DNA of 63,327 nucleotides, filler included, from Nitrospinae bacterium RIFCSPLOWO2_12_FULL_45_22 (lineage in GTDB: Bacteria > 2-12-FULL-45-22): the NCBI GenBank assembly GCA_001803565.1. It is 6 parts of 6 records of this genome, joined end to end, with 100 filler letters (N's around TTAATTAATTAA, not from the genome) between each part and the next. Parts side by side here need not be neighbours in the genome. Positions count along the whole stretch, not along the records: positions 1 to 14,321 come from MHDQ01000259.1; positions 14,422 to 19,543 come from MHDQ01000261.1; positions 19,644 to 28,388 come from MHDQ01000262.1; 3 more parts are not named here. One strand, given 5' to 3'. Within the stretch, counting starts at the first letter, position 1; each line of letters starts with the position of its first letter. The translations under genes were made by a program, and so were the position numbers. The notes under the pieces were generated by a model. It ran no database searches. It was not told where the DNA came from and worked only from the letters and a program-made list of their open reading frames with translations. Shown in pieces: positions 10,726-19,731 of the stretch.

Positions 10726-11052
10726 ATGGGTTCAAAATGGGAGGATTTCATTGATAATCTAAGGGATGAGGCGGGCAAGCTGGCAAAAGATGAACTCAAA
10801 GATTTAATCAAGACCGCCAAAGATGATTCAGAGGACTTTATTAAAGAACAGGGACAGAAGTTGGAGATCTATCTGACCCAGCTTGCTTCAGGCCAAATAA
10901 CAAAGAACCAATTTGAGGGCTATGTCCTGGATATCAAGGAGCTAACAGAAATGAAAGCCCTCCAGATGTCCGTCGCTGCCAAAGCAAGTGCCCAGCGTAT
11001 GGTAAATGGAATAACCGATCTCATAATAGATGGGTTGCTTATGTTAATTTAA
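10726..11052 (+). CDS. hypothetical helical protein
   Basis: AGGAGG RBS before the ATG at 10726; directly follows the lipoprotein gene. Confidence 0.7.
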   Translation: MGSKWEDFIDNLRDEAGKLAKDELKDLIKTAKDDSEDFIKEQGQKLEIYLTQLASGQITKNQFEGYVLDIKELTEMKALQMSVAAKASAQRMVNGITDLIIDGLLMLI

Positions 11053-11211
11053 TAAGAGGGTTTTGTTAGGTATCGTTCCATAGGGCAAAATAGCTGAGAA
11101 TAATTACTGGTTTTTGTAGGGCATATTGCTTGAGGATGCCGTTTTATAAGAATCATTTGGGAAACGCTCCTTACATGATCCATTGATCGCAATTGATACG
11201 GGCGAGGCTTT

Positions 11212-14200
11212 ATGAAATTAAGTCATTTTTTTCCTACCTCTGAGCAATTAAAACTTATCCAGGGTGTAGAAGGTGAACTGCTCAAGCGTAAGCGCCTGGG
11301 AAAATTGGGCGGTATTGCGGCTTTTGCCGGTGCTTTACTCCAACTACTGATCATTGTATGGGATAAGCAGATCCCCATTGAAAGTATTATAGATTTCTTT
11401 AGAGACTTTATTTTTCTGCGATGGGGAGAATTATTTAGCTATGAGTTTAGCGGGATGTTGCTACTTTTTGCTGGGGCCGGGAGCTACTTATTATTGAAAT
11501 GGACAGGTTTTCTCATCAAAGAATCCGAAGAGCCTTTTAGGTATACCTTCTGGATTGAACCCTTCGAGGCAGTGAAAGAAACCCCTGGTGCGCGGTTCAC
11601 CATTAAAGAGGACGACCGGTTCCATTTGCTCCATCATGACCTCATGGAAAGACTCAATGAGCGGATTCGAAGGCTTTCTTTACTTGAGGAGGCCTCGAAA
11701 GAAGACTCTACTCCTCAAGGGGGTCTGACGTCACACATTCATATTGACGGGCATTACGCCATACGGGAGGAAAAAGATAAAGAATGGGTCATCCATGTGA
11801 TGCCCCGCATCCGAATCGGTCCCCCCGGCAGAGCCGCAACCTTGGCTACCCCTGTCAAGTATCGACTCGATGAGAAGGAAAAAGAGTATGTCTTAAATGC
11901 TGATAAATATAATCAAATCGTTGAGCGGGTCTACTTCAATATAGCCACCCAGGTTTACAGGCAGATAGAGTCCGATGTGAAGGGAAAGATCGCTCTATTC
12001 CCAACTCCTTATTTGCGGGCGGTTGCCCTCTTTCACGAAGCAGAGGACTTTGCCAGATCCAATACTATTGATGCGTATGATCTTGCCATTGATTTATACA
12101 AAGAGGCCCTGAGATATTTTAATATCGCGGAGATGAAATGGATTTCAAAATGCCTGTTAAAATGTCGCCTACTTTGGCGTACAGAGGTCAAATTTCAGCA
12201 TATAAAGGCCATGGTGCAGATCGGATATGCTAAGTGCCTCATTTACAAAAGGGTACTCTCTGCTCTTTCGGGAAGATATATGAATCCCTTGTTCGAGATA
12301 CGGAACGAACTCCATGAAGTAAGGAATAAATTGTTTCTGCTACATAACAGGATGAACAAAAAATGGCCCATAGAATTTTCCAAGAAGGATAAAACCGGCT
12401 TCCATAAGGAAGAAGATATTAAGGAAAAAAATCGCTTAAATACCCTTATGGCCCTTCTTACTTTTCCAAAGGACTCCTGGCGAAAATATTTCACTCTTAG
12501 TCCTAAACAATATCTCTTTGAAAAGCAAACGTGTTTGCTCTTTGACGCTTATCTGGTTTCTGCCCTGACCCATTATTACCTGGATGCTGCGGCAAAGGCC
12601 AAAGACTATCTTGCCGATGCCAAGGATGTTGCCCCCGCCATGAGTGAGAGAAATGCCCTTTACCTGTTTGCCTCAGGAGTGATCGAGCCCGATCCTGACC
12701 AAGCCATTTCCCTATTACGACAAGCAACAGAAATAGCACCAGACTTCCAAATTGCCCAATACCTCCTGGCCTACTGGATAGAAGTGAAATTTAGGGCGCA
12801 GAACGAGATTATAAAGCAGAGGACGGAGAGCGTGATGAAAGGATACGACAAGGTTCTTGAACTAAATCCCGGCAATATTGCTGCCTTATCCGCTCAAGGT
12901 TATTTATGGTGGCTGCTGGGAAATTCTGAGGAAGCCAGGAAAAAATTCGACCAAGGGAGCGAAATTAAAGCAGTTGCTTCCGAAATCTATATCGGCGAAC
13001 TTCAGTATGGCCTGGCCCGGATCGCTGCGGAAGAAGACGACTTCAATACAAGCTATGATCTGTATACTCAGGCCCTCTCGGCTGATCCAGGAGTCGGTGC
13101 TTACTCAATCACGGCCAGCAGGCGGGCTACTACAGCCGCCTATTACGGTTATATCGATTCCGCCATGTTAAAACGATATAAACGCTTTAAAGAAAAAGTC
13201 GAGAAAAACATCAAAGGCTTGGAGAGGTCGGTTGAAGACAGAGAAGGTAAGGTTCTTAAGAAGACCCTAAATGCGATCTATTGCCCGTTGCCATTAGTGC
13301 TGCTGCAGGAGGAAGAAAAAGGTAAAGTGTCCAAAAAGACGCTCGATGCGGTTTATAGCTTTGTACTGAATGATTATGGCAACGCATGCCTAAACTATTT
13401 TCACCGCTTCGGGAATATGTATCAGTTAAAAAACGCCATAAATGTATATAAAGAAGCGATTGAGAAATATCCTCAGAATAGAGTCGCTCATTACAATCTC
13501 CATAATGCCTACATGAATGCCTACATGTGGAGAGGTAAAAAGGGGGATATGAAGGAGAGGATAGGATATCTGGAAAAGGCAGAGAGGCTTGGTCCCACCT
13601 GGCCGGTTGCAGTGATTGCTCTAGCTCAGTCTCGATTAAGGCAGGGTCAAGATGAGATCAGGAAGATGATGGAAGAAGCCACCAAGCAAATTAATATGGA
13701 AAACGAAGCTCGCGACGAATTGGAAAAGAGGGAAAAGCTTTTAGCAAGGGGCAGGGAGGAAGAAAAAATCATAGTTTCTCAAGGTGGAGCTAAAGGGCAA
13801 ATGTCAGTGAGTACCCGGGTTGGGAAAGACCAGCAATCTGAAGATGTTAAAGTGCTAGAGCTGAAACTATCTGAAACGCATAAAAAAGTTCAAACTCACG
13901 GGAAAAAAGCAAAGGAGCTGTATGAGGAGGCAAAAAAGTTGTCGGGAAAGAACGTAAAGGATGTATTACCCGAAATAAAAACCATAATCGAAAGGAATAA
14001 ACTATCATCTATGTATGAATTGAAATTTGACATAAATGGTGAAGGGTTAGATATGTTGCTCTCAGAAGAAATAGGAAAGGATAGGTTAGATAAAAATGAT
14101 GTAGAAGCATTGAGGGTATGGGCTGGATTATTAGCAAATAACTATCAAAGTGAAAATGACAAGGCGCAAGGCGCAGCCAAAAAACTATGCCAGTATATTC

Positions 14201-14283
14201 AGGATGAGTATTATCCTGACAATTTCGATGTGAATTTGATTCTCTTTAAACTGCCTATCTGCTTCGCTCATGTTAAGTGTTAA
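11212..14283 (+). CDS. membrane-anchored TPR-repeat protein (possibly 3' truncated)
   Basis: Two N-terminal TMs; TPR patterns such as YDKVLELNPGNIAAL, YTQALSADP, YKEAIEKYPQNRVAHYNL. Confidence 0.8.
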   Translation: MKLSHFFPTSEQLKLIQGVEGELLKRKRLGKLGGIAAFAGALLQLLIIVWDKQIPIESIIDFFRDFIFLRWGELFSYEFSGMLLLFAGAGSYLLLKWTGFLIKESEEPFRYTFWIEPFEAVKETPGARFTIKEDDRFHLLHHDLMERLNERIRRLSLLEEASKEDSTPQGGLTSHIHIDGHYAIREEKDKEWVIHVMPRIRIGPPGRAATLATPVKYRLDEKEKEYVLNADKYNQIVERVYFNIATQVYRQIESDVKGKIALFPTPYLRAVALFHEAEDFARSNTIDAYDLAIDLYKEALRYFNIAEMKWISKCLLKCRLLWRTEVKFQHIKAMVQIGYAKCLIYKRVLSALSGRYMNPLFEIRNELHEVRNKLFLLHNRMNKKWPIEFSKKDKTGFHKEEDIKEKNRLNTLMALLTFPKDSWRKYFTLSPKQYLFEKQTCLLFDAYLVSALTHYYLDAAAKAKDYLADAKDVAPAMSERNALYLFASGVIEPDPDQAISLLRQATEIAPDFQIAQYLLAYWIEVKFRAQNEIIKQRTESVMKGYDKVLELNPGNIAALSAQGYLWWLLGNSEEARKKFDQGSEIKAVASEIYIGELQYGLARIAAEEDDFNTSYDLYTQALSADPGVGAYSITASRRATTAAYYGYIDSAMLKRYKRFKEKVEKNIKGLERSVEDREGKVLKKTLNAIYCPLPLVLLQEEEKGKVSKKTLDAVYSFVLNDYGNACLNYFHRFGNMYQLKNAINVYKEAIEKYPQNRVAHYNLHNAYMNAYMWRGKKGDMKERIGYLEKAERLGPTWPVAVIALAQSRLRQGQDEIRKMMEEATKQINMENEARDELEKREKLLARGREEEKIIVSQGGAKGQMSVSTRVGKDQQSEDVKVLELKLSETHKKVQTHGKKAKELYEEAKKLSGKNVKDVLPEIKTIIERNKLSSMYELKFDINGEGLDMLLSEEIGKDRLDKNDVEALRVWAGLLANNYQSENDKAQGAAKKLCQYIQDEYYPDNFDVNLILFKLPICFAHVKC

Positions 14284-14321
14284 CAGTTTATTTTTATTGG
14301 CTTTGCATGAGTTGCTAAAGA

Positions 14322-14421
14322 NNNNNNNNNNNNNNNNNNNNNNNNNNNNNNNNNNNNNNNNNNNNTTAATTAATTAANNNNNNNNNNNNNNNNNNNNNNN
14401 NNNNNNNNNNNNNNNNNNNNN
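14322..14421. other. artificial contig-join spacer
   Basis: 100 nt of N with a central TTAATTAATTAA (stops in all six frames). Confidence 0.97.
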
Positions 14422-14560
14422 CCATACCCGTAGCACAGGCATTCTCTATCCGGGTGATGGGCATCTGACGTAACTTGAGGGGACCACCAATAGTCATACC
14501 CGTAATACCCGAGCCAATGGTACCTACCCAGGCAGCCTCATTTTTTGGCTCATAGATAAT
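14422..14560 (-). pseudogene. thiolase fragment lacking its N-terminus, running into the gap
   Basis: Minus-strand translation EAAWVGTIGSGITG...PLKLRQMPITRIENACATG, containing the thiolase Cys motif. Confidence 0.6.
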
Positions 14561-14568
14561 CCATATCC

Positions 14569-14775
14569 TTATACCTTAGCCTTAGCCTTACTTCTGACAA
14601 GAGTAAAATTCTTTAGTCCCAGTCTCTGACATAGTAGTTCAACATCTGGCTTATCTCTGGCTTTTATCCACTGTGCCGGAGTTATACCTTTTTCCATAAT
14701 TTCTCTGTCAATTTCCTCACGCAACTTATGAATCCATTCCAGGGATTTCGTCTCCCATTCTTTTTTATGTTTCAT
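14569..14775 (-). CDS. putative antitoxin partner of the PIN toxin
   Basis: 68 aa, overlaps the PIN gene stop, GAGGAGG RBS. Confidence 0.6.
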   Translation of the reverse strand: MKHKKEWETKSLEWIHKLREEIDREIMEKGITPAQWIKARDKPDVELLCQRLGLKNFTLVRSKAKAKV

Positions 14776-15238
14776 ATTCTATTACCTCCTCGGGTGAAAC
14801 GATTTCTACCAAAGGAAATCCTAGCCGTAAATTAACTGAATGTACTGCACGCCTTGTCCGAATATTTACTATATCACGGAAATTCCAAGATACCACTGCA
14901 TCCACTCCATTAACCGTTGCCATAGCAAGATGGCGTAAATCTAATCTGGCCCCTTTGCGAATGAATCCTTCCCTCTCATATATATCCAGAAGGTCTGCGC
15001 ATTCCTCATCTTCTGAGAGTATCTGAAGGGGAATCTTTCTGATTTCTTCCAGCAATTGGCCTCTCAAATTATCCAGTGGACATTGTTCAATCTCCTCAAT
15101 GACGACGTTCGAAATAATGGCAATATGTCTGCCTTCTAAAATTGAATTAAGAAGGATACGGGTTATTTCTACCCTGCGAGGCATTTCAGTATCAAATAAT
15201 GCCCCAATTACAGAAGTATCCAAATAAAGCCTCATCAT
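14765..15238 (-). CDS. PIN-domain (VapC-like) ribonuclease toxin
   Basis: LYLDTSVI, VIEE, DLRHLA and VSWNFRD motifs. Confidence 0.85.
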   Translation of the reverse strand: MMRLYLDTSVIGALFDTEMPRRVEITRILLNSILEGRHIAIISNVVIEEIEQCPLDNLRGQLLEEIRKIPLQILSEDEECADLLDIYEREGFIRKGARLDLRHLAMATVNGVDAVVSWNFRDIVNIRTRRAVHSVNLRLGFPLVEIVSPEEVIEYET

Positions 15239-15995
15239 ATCCTCTCGATTATACTCCGTTAATCATCATTCCTACACAATGGTTCATGAAGATAACTGGA
15301 CGGTCAATATCATTAATAGCTAAAACTGGTAGCACCATCCATCGAACCCCATCTCATATCTTGACTGGTAGGATGGATCCCAAGCTTGTCCAATGTACTC
15401 CACAGTCCTTCAACCTCAAACTGAGGGATAACTCGGTAACCACTGACTCATGATCAGTGAAAACACTTCCCTAAAATCCCGCTTCCTCGTAGAAAGCTAG
15501 ACCTTATGATTGACTTTCAGGGGTGCCGGTTACTACCCGAAATCTATACCTTAGAAATGGGTAAGGGGGGACGTAGCCACCCCCTCCCCGTTGTCGCAAT
15601 GGGGTCAATTCCCCATATTTACCAGCGTGACCCTTTCGGTCACCTGGCGGCCCCTGCTAGATTGCCCCAAAAACAGAATAGGTGGGTAATGATATCGACC
15701 TTTGCCTGTTCACCAACAGGTGTTCTCTTGTCAACACGATTACCGCAGATATTCGATAAGTAACTACGTCGAGACTGTTCTTAGCATTACATTGAGCCTT
15801 CCCCTGCTTTTCATAAATTAACGTAGGAGAGAGCCTTGTGTGGCCGATACTCGTAAGCTAACTTCTCCCATGCGGTTACCTCTCCTACCTCTCTCTATTA
15901 GGTGTACCCTTTTGAGCTTCCACAAAGAAACCCTCCTCCGGATACGCTGCAGACCCTAAAGAGCAAGAGCCAGGGATAGCCCCGTGCTCACCGCC

Positions 15996-16059
15996 GCATA
16001 ACGCTCGCCTTCAGCGGCGCGCCGCTGTTTGGCGCGTCCGCTGGAAGGCGTTGTTAGAC
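15996..16059 (-). mobile_element. integron attC site 1
   Basis: GCATAAC...GTTAGAC, 64-bp imperfect palindrome with unpaired T and G on the gene-proximal arm, just past the ORF stop at 16081. Confidence 0.9.
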
Positions 16060-16080
16060 GCTATTCCTTTGCAAGGTGCT

Positions 16081-17190
16081 CTACAGATGCACCCACCACT
16101 CATCAGCCGATACTCTCTTAATCACCCTCTTTTCATGAAGAAAACTGAGTATTCGGTCCACGTCTCCCCGCTTAATGAGACAGGTATCGCGATTGCGATC
16201 AAGGAAACGACACTTTTCTCGTCTCACGCTCGTCGCTTGTAACTCCTTTAAAAGCTCTGGCGCAGTCGGATACCTTCCCGTTCGCTTCCTCAACATCACG
16301 ATTGCCTCGTACAAGCACACCTCCCCGGTCTCTTCCCTCAACCGCGTGACGTGAGACAGCACTTCTTTCACGGTCTCAGCTACGGCCACTATCTCGCCGG
16401 GCAGGTCCATACGGCACAGGGCAACTACTATTGGCACCAGTTTTGCACTGTCTTTCAGCAGTTGGAAGGCCGCTTCCGTGAGATTCACATGATAGTTGAA
16501 GGGTAAGCGTGCGTACAAGAGGTCGGGCTCGGCAGCGCACTTTAGCTCCATGCTACCACCCGCTTTCGCGACGAATCCTGGCACCGCCTTGGCGAGAGGA
16601 TCAATATCGGCGGCATCAAAGTCCGTCTCCCGCCGCTGTGCAGAATCTCGGTCCAGCAACAAAGAAACCAGCTCCGTGTCTGCGCAGACCAGAGAATAGG
16701 GCGCCGAGTTCTCAGTTGAGGCACGTTCGCCCATCGATTCTAGCCACTGGGTAATCCCTTCAGAGACCAAGCGAGACGCGGACGCCGAGTACTCCTCTAT
16801 CCGGCTGAGGAGTTCAGCGAAAGAATCAAGAGCTTCCTGAGCTGAAGTTGATCCAGCGCAGTAGTGTTGAAGGATCTCGCTGAGGCGCTCAATGAATTCA
16901 TGGTAGACAACGTTGCCGGGACACACATAGGAAAGCTGGCCGCCCAGACGGTCCGCATACTTCCGCGAGATCGTAGCGTGGTCGAGGCTCGGTAGCTCCA
17001 ATTTAAGGCTGGCAAGGTCGCGGGAGAGGTCATGCAACAGGTTCCGGTAATCACGGTACTGGCCGGGCTCTTGGAAAAGTTCTAACTCTTTCGAGGCGCA
17101 TGTGCGACAGCCTCGCAACAATCTGGTCCAAGCGATAGCACCGCAGCTCTTGCAGCGATATTTTTCCAGCGTCTCTTCAGATGAGGTCAT
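16081..17190 (-). CDS. cassette-encoded hypothetical protein (N-terminal Zn ribbon, C-terminal wHTH-like)
   Basis: CKSC...CRTC; bounded by attC sites; GGAGAG RBS. Confidence 0.8.
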   Translation of the reverse strand: MTSSEETLEKYRCKSCGAIAWTRLLRGCRTCASKELELFQEPGQYRDYRNLLHDLSRDLASLKLELPSLDHATISRKYADRLGGQLSYVCPGNVVYHEFIERLSEILQHYCAGSTSAQEALDSFAELLSRIEEYSASASRLVSEGITQWLESMGERASTENSAPYSLVCADTELVSLLLDRDSAQRRETDFDAADIDPLAKAVPGFVAKAGGSMELKCAAEPDLLYARLPFNYHVNLTEAAFQLLKDSAKLVPIVVALCRMDLPGEIVAVAETVKEVLSHVTRLREETGEVCLYEAIVMLRKRTGRYPTAPELLKELQATSVRREKCRFLDRNRDTCLIKRGDVDRILSFLHEKRVIKRVSADEWWVHL

Positions 17191-17206
17191 AGTTTCTCTC
17201 CGTGGC

Positions 17207-17264
17207 GTCTAACGACTGAAATCAGCGGTGGCTGTAAGCCATCCGCTGGAGTGATTTGTTCGAC
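17207..17264 (-). mobile_element. integron attC site 2
   Basis: GTCTAAC...GTTCGAC, 58 bp, CAGCGG-TGGC/GCCA-T-CCGCTG stem. Confidence 0.88.
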
Positions 17265-17266
17265 CT

Positions 17267-17992
17267 CTATCGTTTTCTCTTTTTAGGTTTTTTGAATTCT
17301 TTTACAAAAGCCATAATTAGATTATCTATGATTTTAGGATATGAGGTATTAAATGAATTGTCATCGATCTTAAACAAATTTTTATCACATTTATCAAAAA
17401 TATTTTTCATTTTAAGGCAAATTTGCATAAAAAGGTTAAACTGCTTATCTTTTTCTGGCGGTAAATTAACTAAACGGTAATTGCCAGAATTAGTAAAAAA
17501 ATCTTGATTTTCTTGAGTAAAAAATCTTACTGTGTATTGCCTATCTATTGGGGGAATCAAATTAGGTATTATATGCGCTAATGTCTTCGAGTGGGCAACT
17601 ATCGTAGACTCAGAAATAGAAACCCTTAAACCAAAATAAACATCTATTAATTTTGATAAGATATCTTTATATTCGTTTTGGTTTAAATTATCCCATCTTT
17701 TCTCTAAAAACCTTTCACAAGATTCTTTATGGCTGATAATAGCTCTCTTAAAGTCATCAAATTCAACCATCTTGGCTTTGGTATCCTCTGGATCTCCCAT
17801 CCTATGCATACCCCACGATGCCAATGTGGCATAAATCATTTCAATATGACGATCAGATAAGAAATTATTTCGTTGCTCTTTTATAGATTGAATATGGAAG
17901 TAGATTGACGGTCCACCAAATTCTTTAAGAACGGCCAAGGACAATTGATAATAATGATTTAGGTTGCTGATTAGTAATTCTTCGTTATGCAT
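17267..17992 (-). CDS. cassette-encoded hypothetical protein, possibly HhH DNA-glycosylase-like
   Basis: AT-rich 241-aa ORF between attC sites; LASWGMHR and SKTLAHIIPNLIPPIDR motifs. Confidence 0.75.
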   Translation of the reverse strand: MHNEELLISNLNHYYQLSLAVLKEFGGPSIYFHIQSIKEQRNNFLSDRHIEMIYATLASWGMHRMGDPEDTKAKMVEFDDFKRAIISHKESCERFLEKRWDNLNQNEYKDILSKLIDVYFGLRVSISESTIVAHSKTLAHIIPNLIPPIDRQYTVRFFTQENQDFFTNSGNYRLVNLPPEKDKQFNLFMQICLKMKNIFDKCDKNLFKIDDNSFNTSYPKIIDNLIMAFVKEFKKPKKRKR

Positions 17993-18005
17993 TATTTCTC
18001 TTTAG

Positions 18006-18093
18006 GTCTAATGCCGAGTTGAGCGGAATGGCCGGAGCGTCAGACCGGAGGTCTGTAAGCGCAGGACATTTCCGCTCCAACGATTTGTTGGAG
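18006..18093 (-). mobile_element. integron attC site 3
   Basis: GTCTAAT...GTTGGAG, 88 bp, GTTGAGCGGAATG/CATTTCCGCTCCAAC stem. Confidence 0.8.
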
Positions 18094-18169
18094 GCGCGCG
18101 AATCGCGGCGCGCCGGAAACAAATTGTTGGAGTTTACTCAACTCGGCATTGCAGGCGCGCGCAGCGCGC

Positions 18170-18230
18170 CTGCAACGCCTGAAGTCAGCGGCGGCGGCTC
18201 CTCGCCGTCCGCTGGAGTGATTTGTTATGA
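18170..18230 (-). mobile_element. integron attC site 4
   Basis: CTGCAAC...GTTATGA, 61 bp; shares the TCCGCTGGAGTGATTTGTT arm with attC2. Confidence 0.85.
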
Positions 18231-18237
18231 GTTTCCT

Positions 18238-19137
18238 TTATTTCTGTAAATTATCTGCTTGTTCAATTAGTTTACGAATGAAGACAGCGTCCATCTCACT
18301 GGCTGCCAAGTGAAGCTCAGGATAGTTGCCCCACCCTTCCGGTATCATTTTTCCGTCTCTATCTCTGTAATTTCCTTTCCGCAACCAAACCGTAATGTTT
18401 CGCTTGGTAGGTTTCACCCATATCAAGCCTTTTCCTCCGGTGTAAAAGCACATCATGGATTTCTTTATTCTTTCCTCAACATCCTGATTAACTTGATATA
18501 CTATCTGCTTAATCAGCATGTAAGCTTCCCTGACCTGGTCTTCAACCCCGTTAAGTATGTCGTCCTCACTGAATACTTTGATTTCAGTGCCGACATTCTT
18601 AATAGCTTTACTTGCCTTCGAGATTGAACCTAAACTTGCTGTGGTCCGTTGAGATTTTATCTTGTTGTAAGCAATAGTGTCATTAGAATACAAATGTACT
18701 TCCCACAATTCAATAGGAAGATCCTTGAAGTTTACAGCTTCTATTTGGTAAGGTGTAAAGGAGGGAGATACAAAAATTACCTTTGATTGGGACCAGTCAA
18801 AATCGGCTTTTTTGGAAGATGATCCTGCATTCTCGTTATATGCAAGCACGAAATCTGCCTTGTTATTCAGCATTAGGGATAAGTAAGCGTATCCTTGGTC
18901 GATTATGCTGAAATTTTGATCCTTTTTGTATTCGATTATCACAAATGATTTAGCCTCCTCGTCGAAACCAATTGTATCTAGGCGAAAATTCCCGACCTGA
19001 AACTCCGAACACACAAACTTTAGTCCGAAAATCAAGTCAAGGTTCTTTTCAGTCATTGTCTGGATATCTTTTTCTCTATTAAGAGAGAGGAGTTTTATGG
19101 GACTCAACGACCCGCCTGAAATACCAAATAAAGGCAT
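18238..19137 (-). CDS. PD-(D/E)XK (NucS-like) nuclease-domain protein with DUF5655-like C-terminus
   Basis: EKDIQ...RLDTIGFD...IIEYKK...QG motif pattern; AAGGAGG RBS. Confidence 0.75.
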   Translation of the reverse strand: MPLFGISGGSLSPIKLLSLNREKDIQTMTEKNLDLIFGLKFVCSEFQVGNFRLDTIGFDEEAKSFVIIEYKKDQNFSIIDQGYAYLSLMLNNKADFVLAYNENAGSSSKKADFDWSQSKVIFVSPSFTPYQIEAVNFKDLPIELWEVHLYSNDTIAYNKIKSQRTTASLGSISKASKAIKNVGTEIKVFSEDDILNGVEDQVREAYMLIKQIVYQVNQDVEERIKKSMMCFYTGGKGLIWVKPTKRNITVWLRKGNYRDRDGKMIPEGWGNYPELHLAASEMDAVFIRKLIEQADNLQK

Positions 19138-19223
19138 TTATTCCTCCTTATTCAACTTCTTACTCGTAAACGGTATTTGGGTGTGGCTGATGATTGCGCC
19201 CAGGCCGTGATAGTCCGGTGTGT

Positions 19224-19445
19224 CTACCACTGAAGGGCTGTGCCGATGCTCACCAACACCAATCCACCCCAAAACAACGGCCTGACAATGGCAGTTTGAG
19301 TGGGAGCCCATAGCTTCTTGTCAGGATCGATTTCTTTCAATATCTTTTCGTCATACTGGCTCAGCGTTCTGATAGAGAATGCCAAAGATGCTGTTCCGAC
19401 GAGGACGACGATAAGCCCGATTTGTTGACGAGTAATAAATGTCAT
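19224..19445 (-). CDS. small two-TM protein, first ORF of a two-gene cassette
   Basis: 73 aa, two hydrophobic segments, starts just after attC5. Confidence 0.6.
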   Translation of the reverse strand: MTFITRQQIGLIVVLVGTASLAFSIRTLSQYDEKILKEIDPDKKLWAPTQTAIVRPLFWGGLVLVSIGTALQW

Positions 19446-19454
19446 CGAGTTACC

Positions 19455-19514
19455 TCATAACGATATAACTAAGCTGTCGGGCTTTGCCCAGTCAGCTTGA
19501 GTGCCTTGTTAGCG
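19455..19514 (-). mobile_element. integron attC site 5
   Basis: TCATAAC...GTTAGCG, 60 bp, AAGCTG..GGGC/GCCC..CAGCTT stem. Confidence 0.88.
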
Positions 19515-19543
19515 AAATTCTTTTAATTGGAGACCGCCATGAA

Positions 19544-19643
19544 NNNNNNNNNNNNNNNNNNNNNNNNNNNNNNNNNNNNNNNNNNNNTTAATTAATTAAN
19601 NNNNNNNNNNNNNNNNNNNNNNNNNNNNNNNNNNNNNNNNNNN
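19544..19643. other. artificial contig-join spacer
   Basis: N-run with TTAATTAATTAA. Confidence 0.97.
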
Positions 19644-19720
19644 TATTCCTCGCTTCCAAAGACTCGGATTTTATCACGGGTCAAGTCCTGGTTGTAGATG
19701 GTGGTGTTTGGCTGAGATAG
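19644..19720 (+). CDS. SDR-family oxidoreductase, 3' end only
   Basis: FLASKDSDFITGQVLVVDGGVWLR*, the classic SDR C-terminus. Confidence 0.8.
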
Positions 19721-19731
19721 GAGAAGCACGG

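Noticed and set aside
14251-14321. IS end truncating the TPR gene
   Set aside because: It is plausible next to a contig break, but no partner IR or transposase is visible.
14366-14377. Recurrent TTAATTAATTAA as a biological motif
   Set aside because: It always sits inside N-runs and is a six-frame-stop linker.
15240-15995. Further cassette or gene downstream of attC1
   Set aside because: Only short ORFs without recognisable motifs; no closing attC was found.
15996-19514. CRISPR array or plain terminators
   Set aside because: The units are not identical, are separated by whole genes, have attC core ends and lack U-tails.
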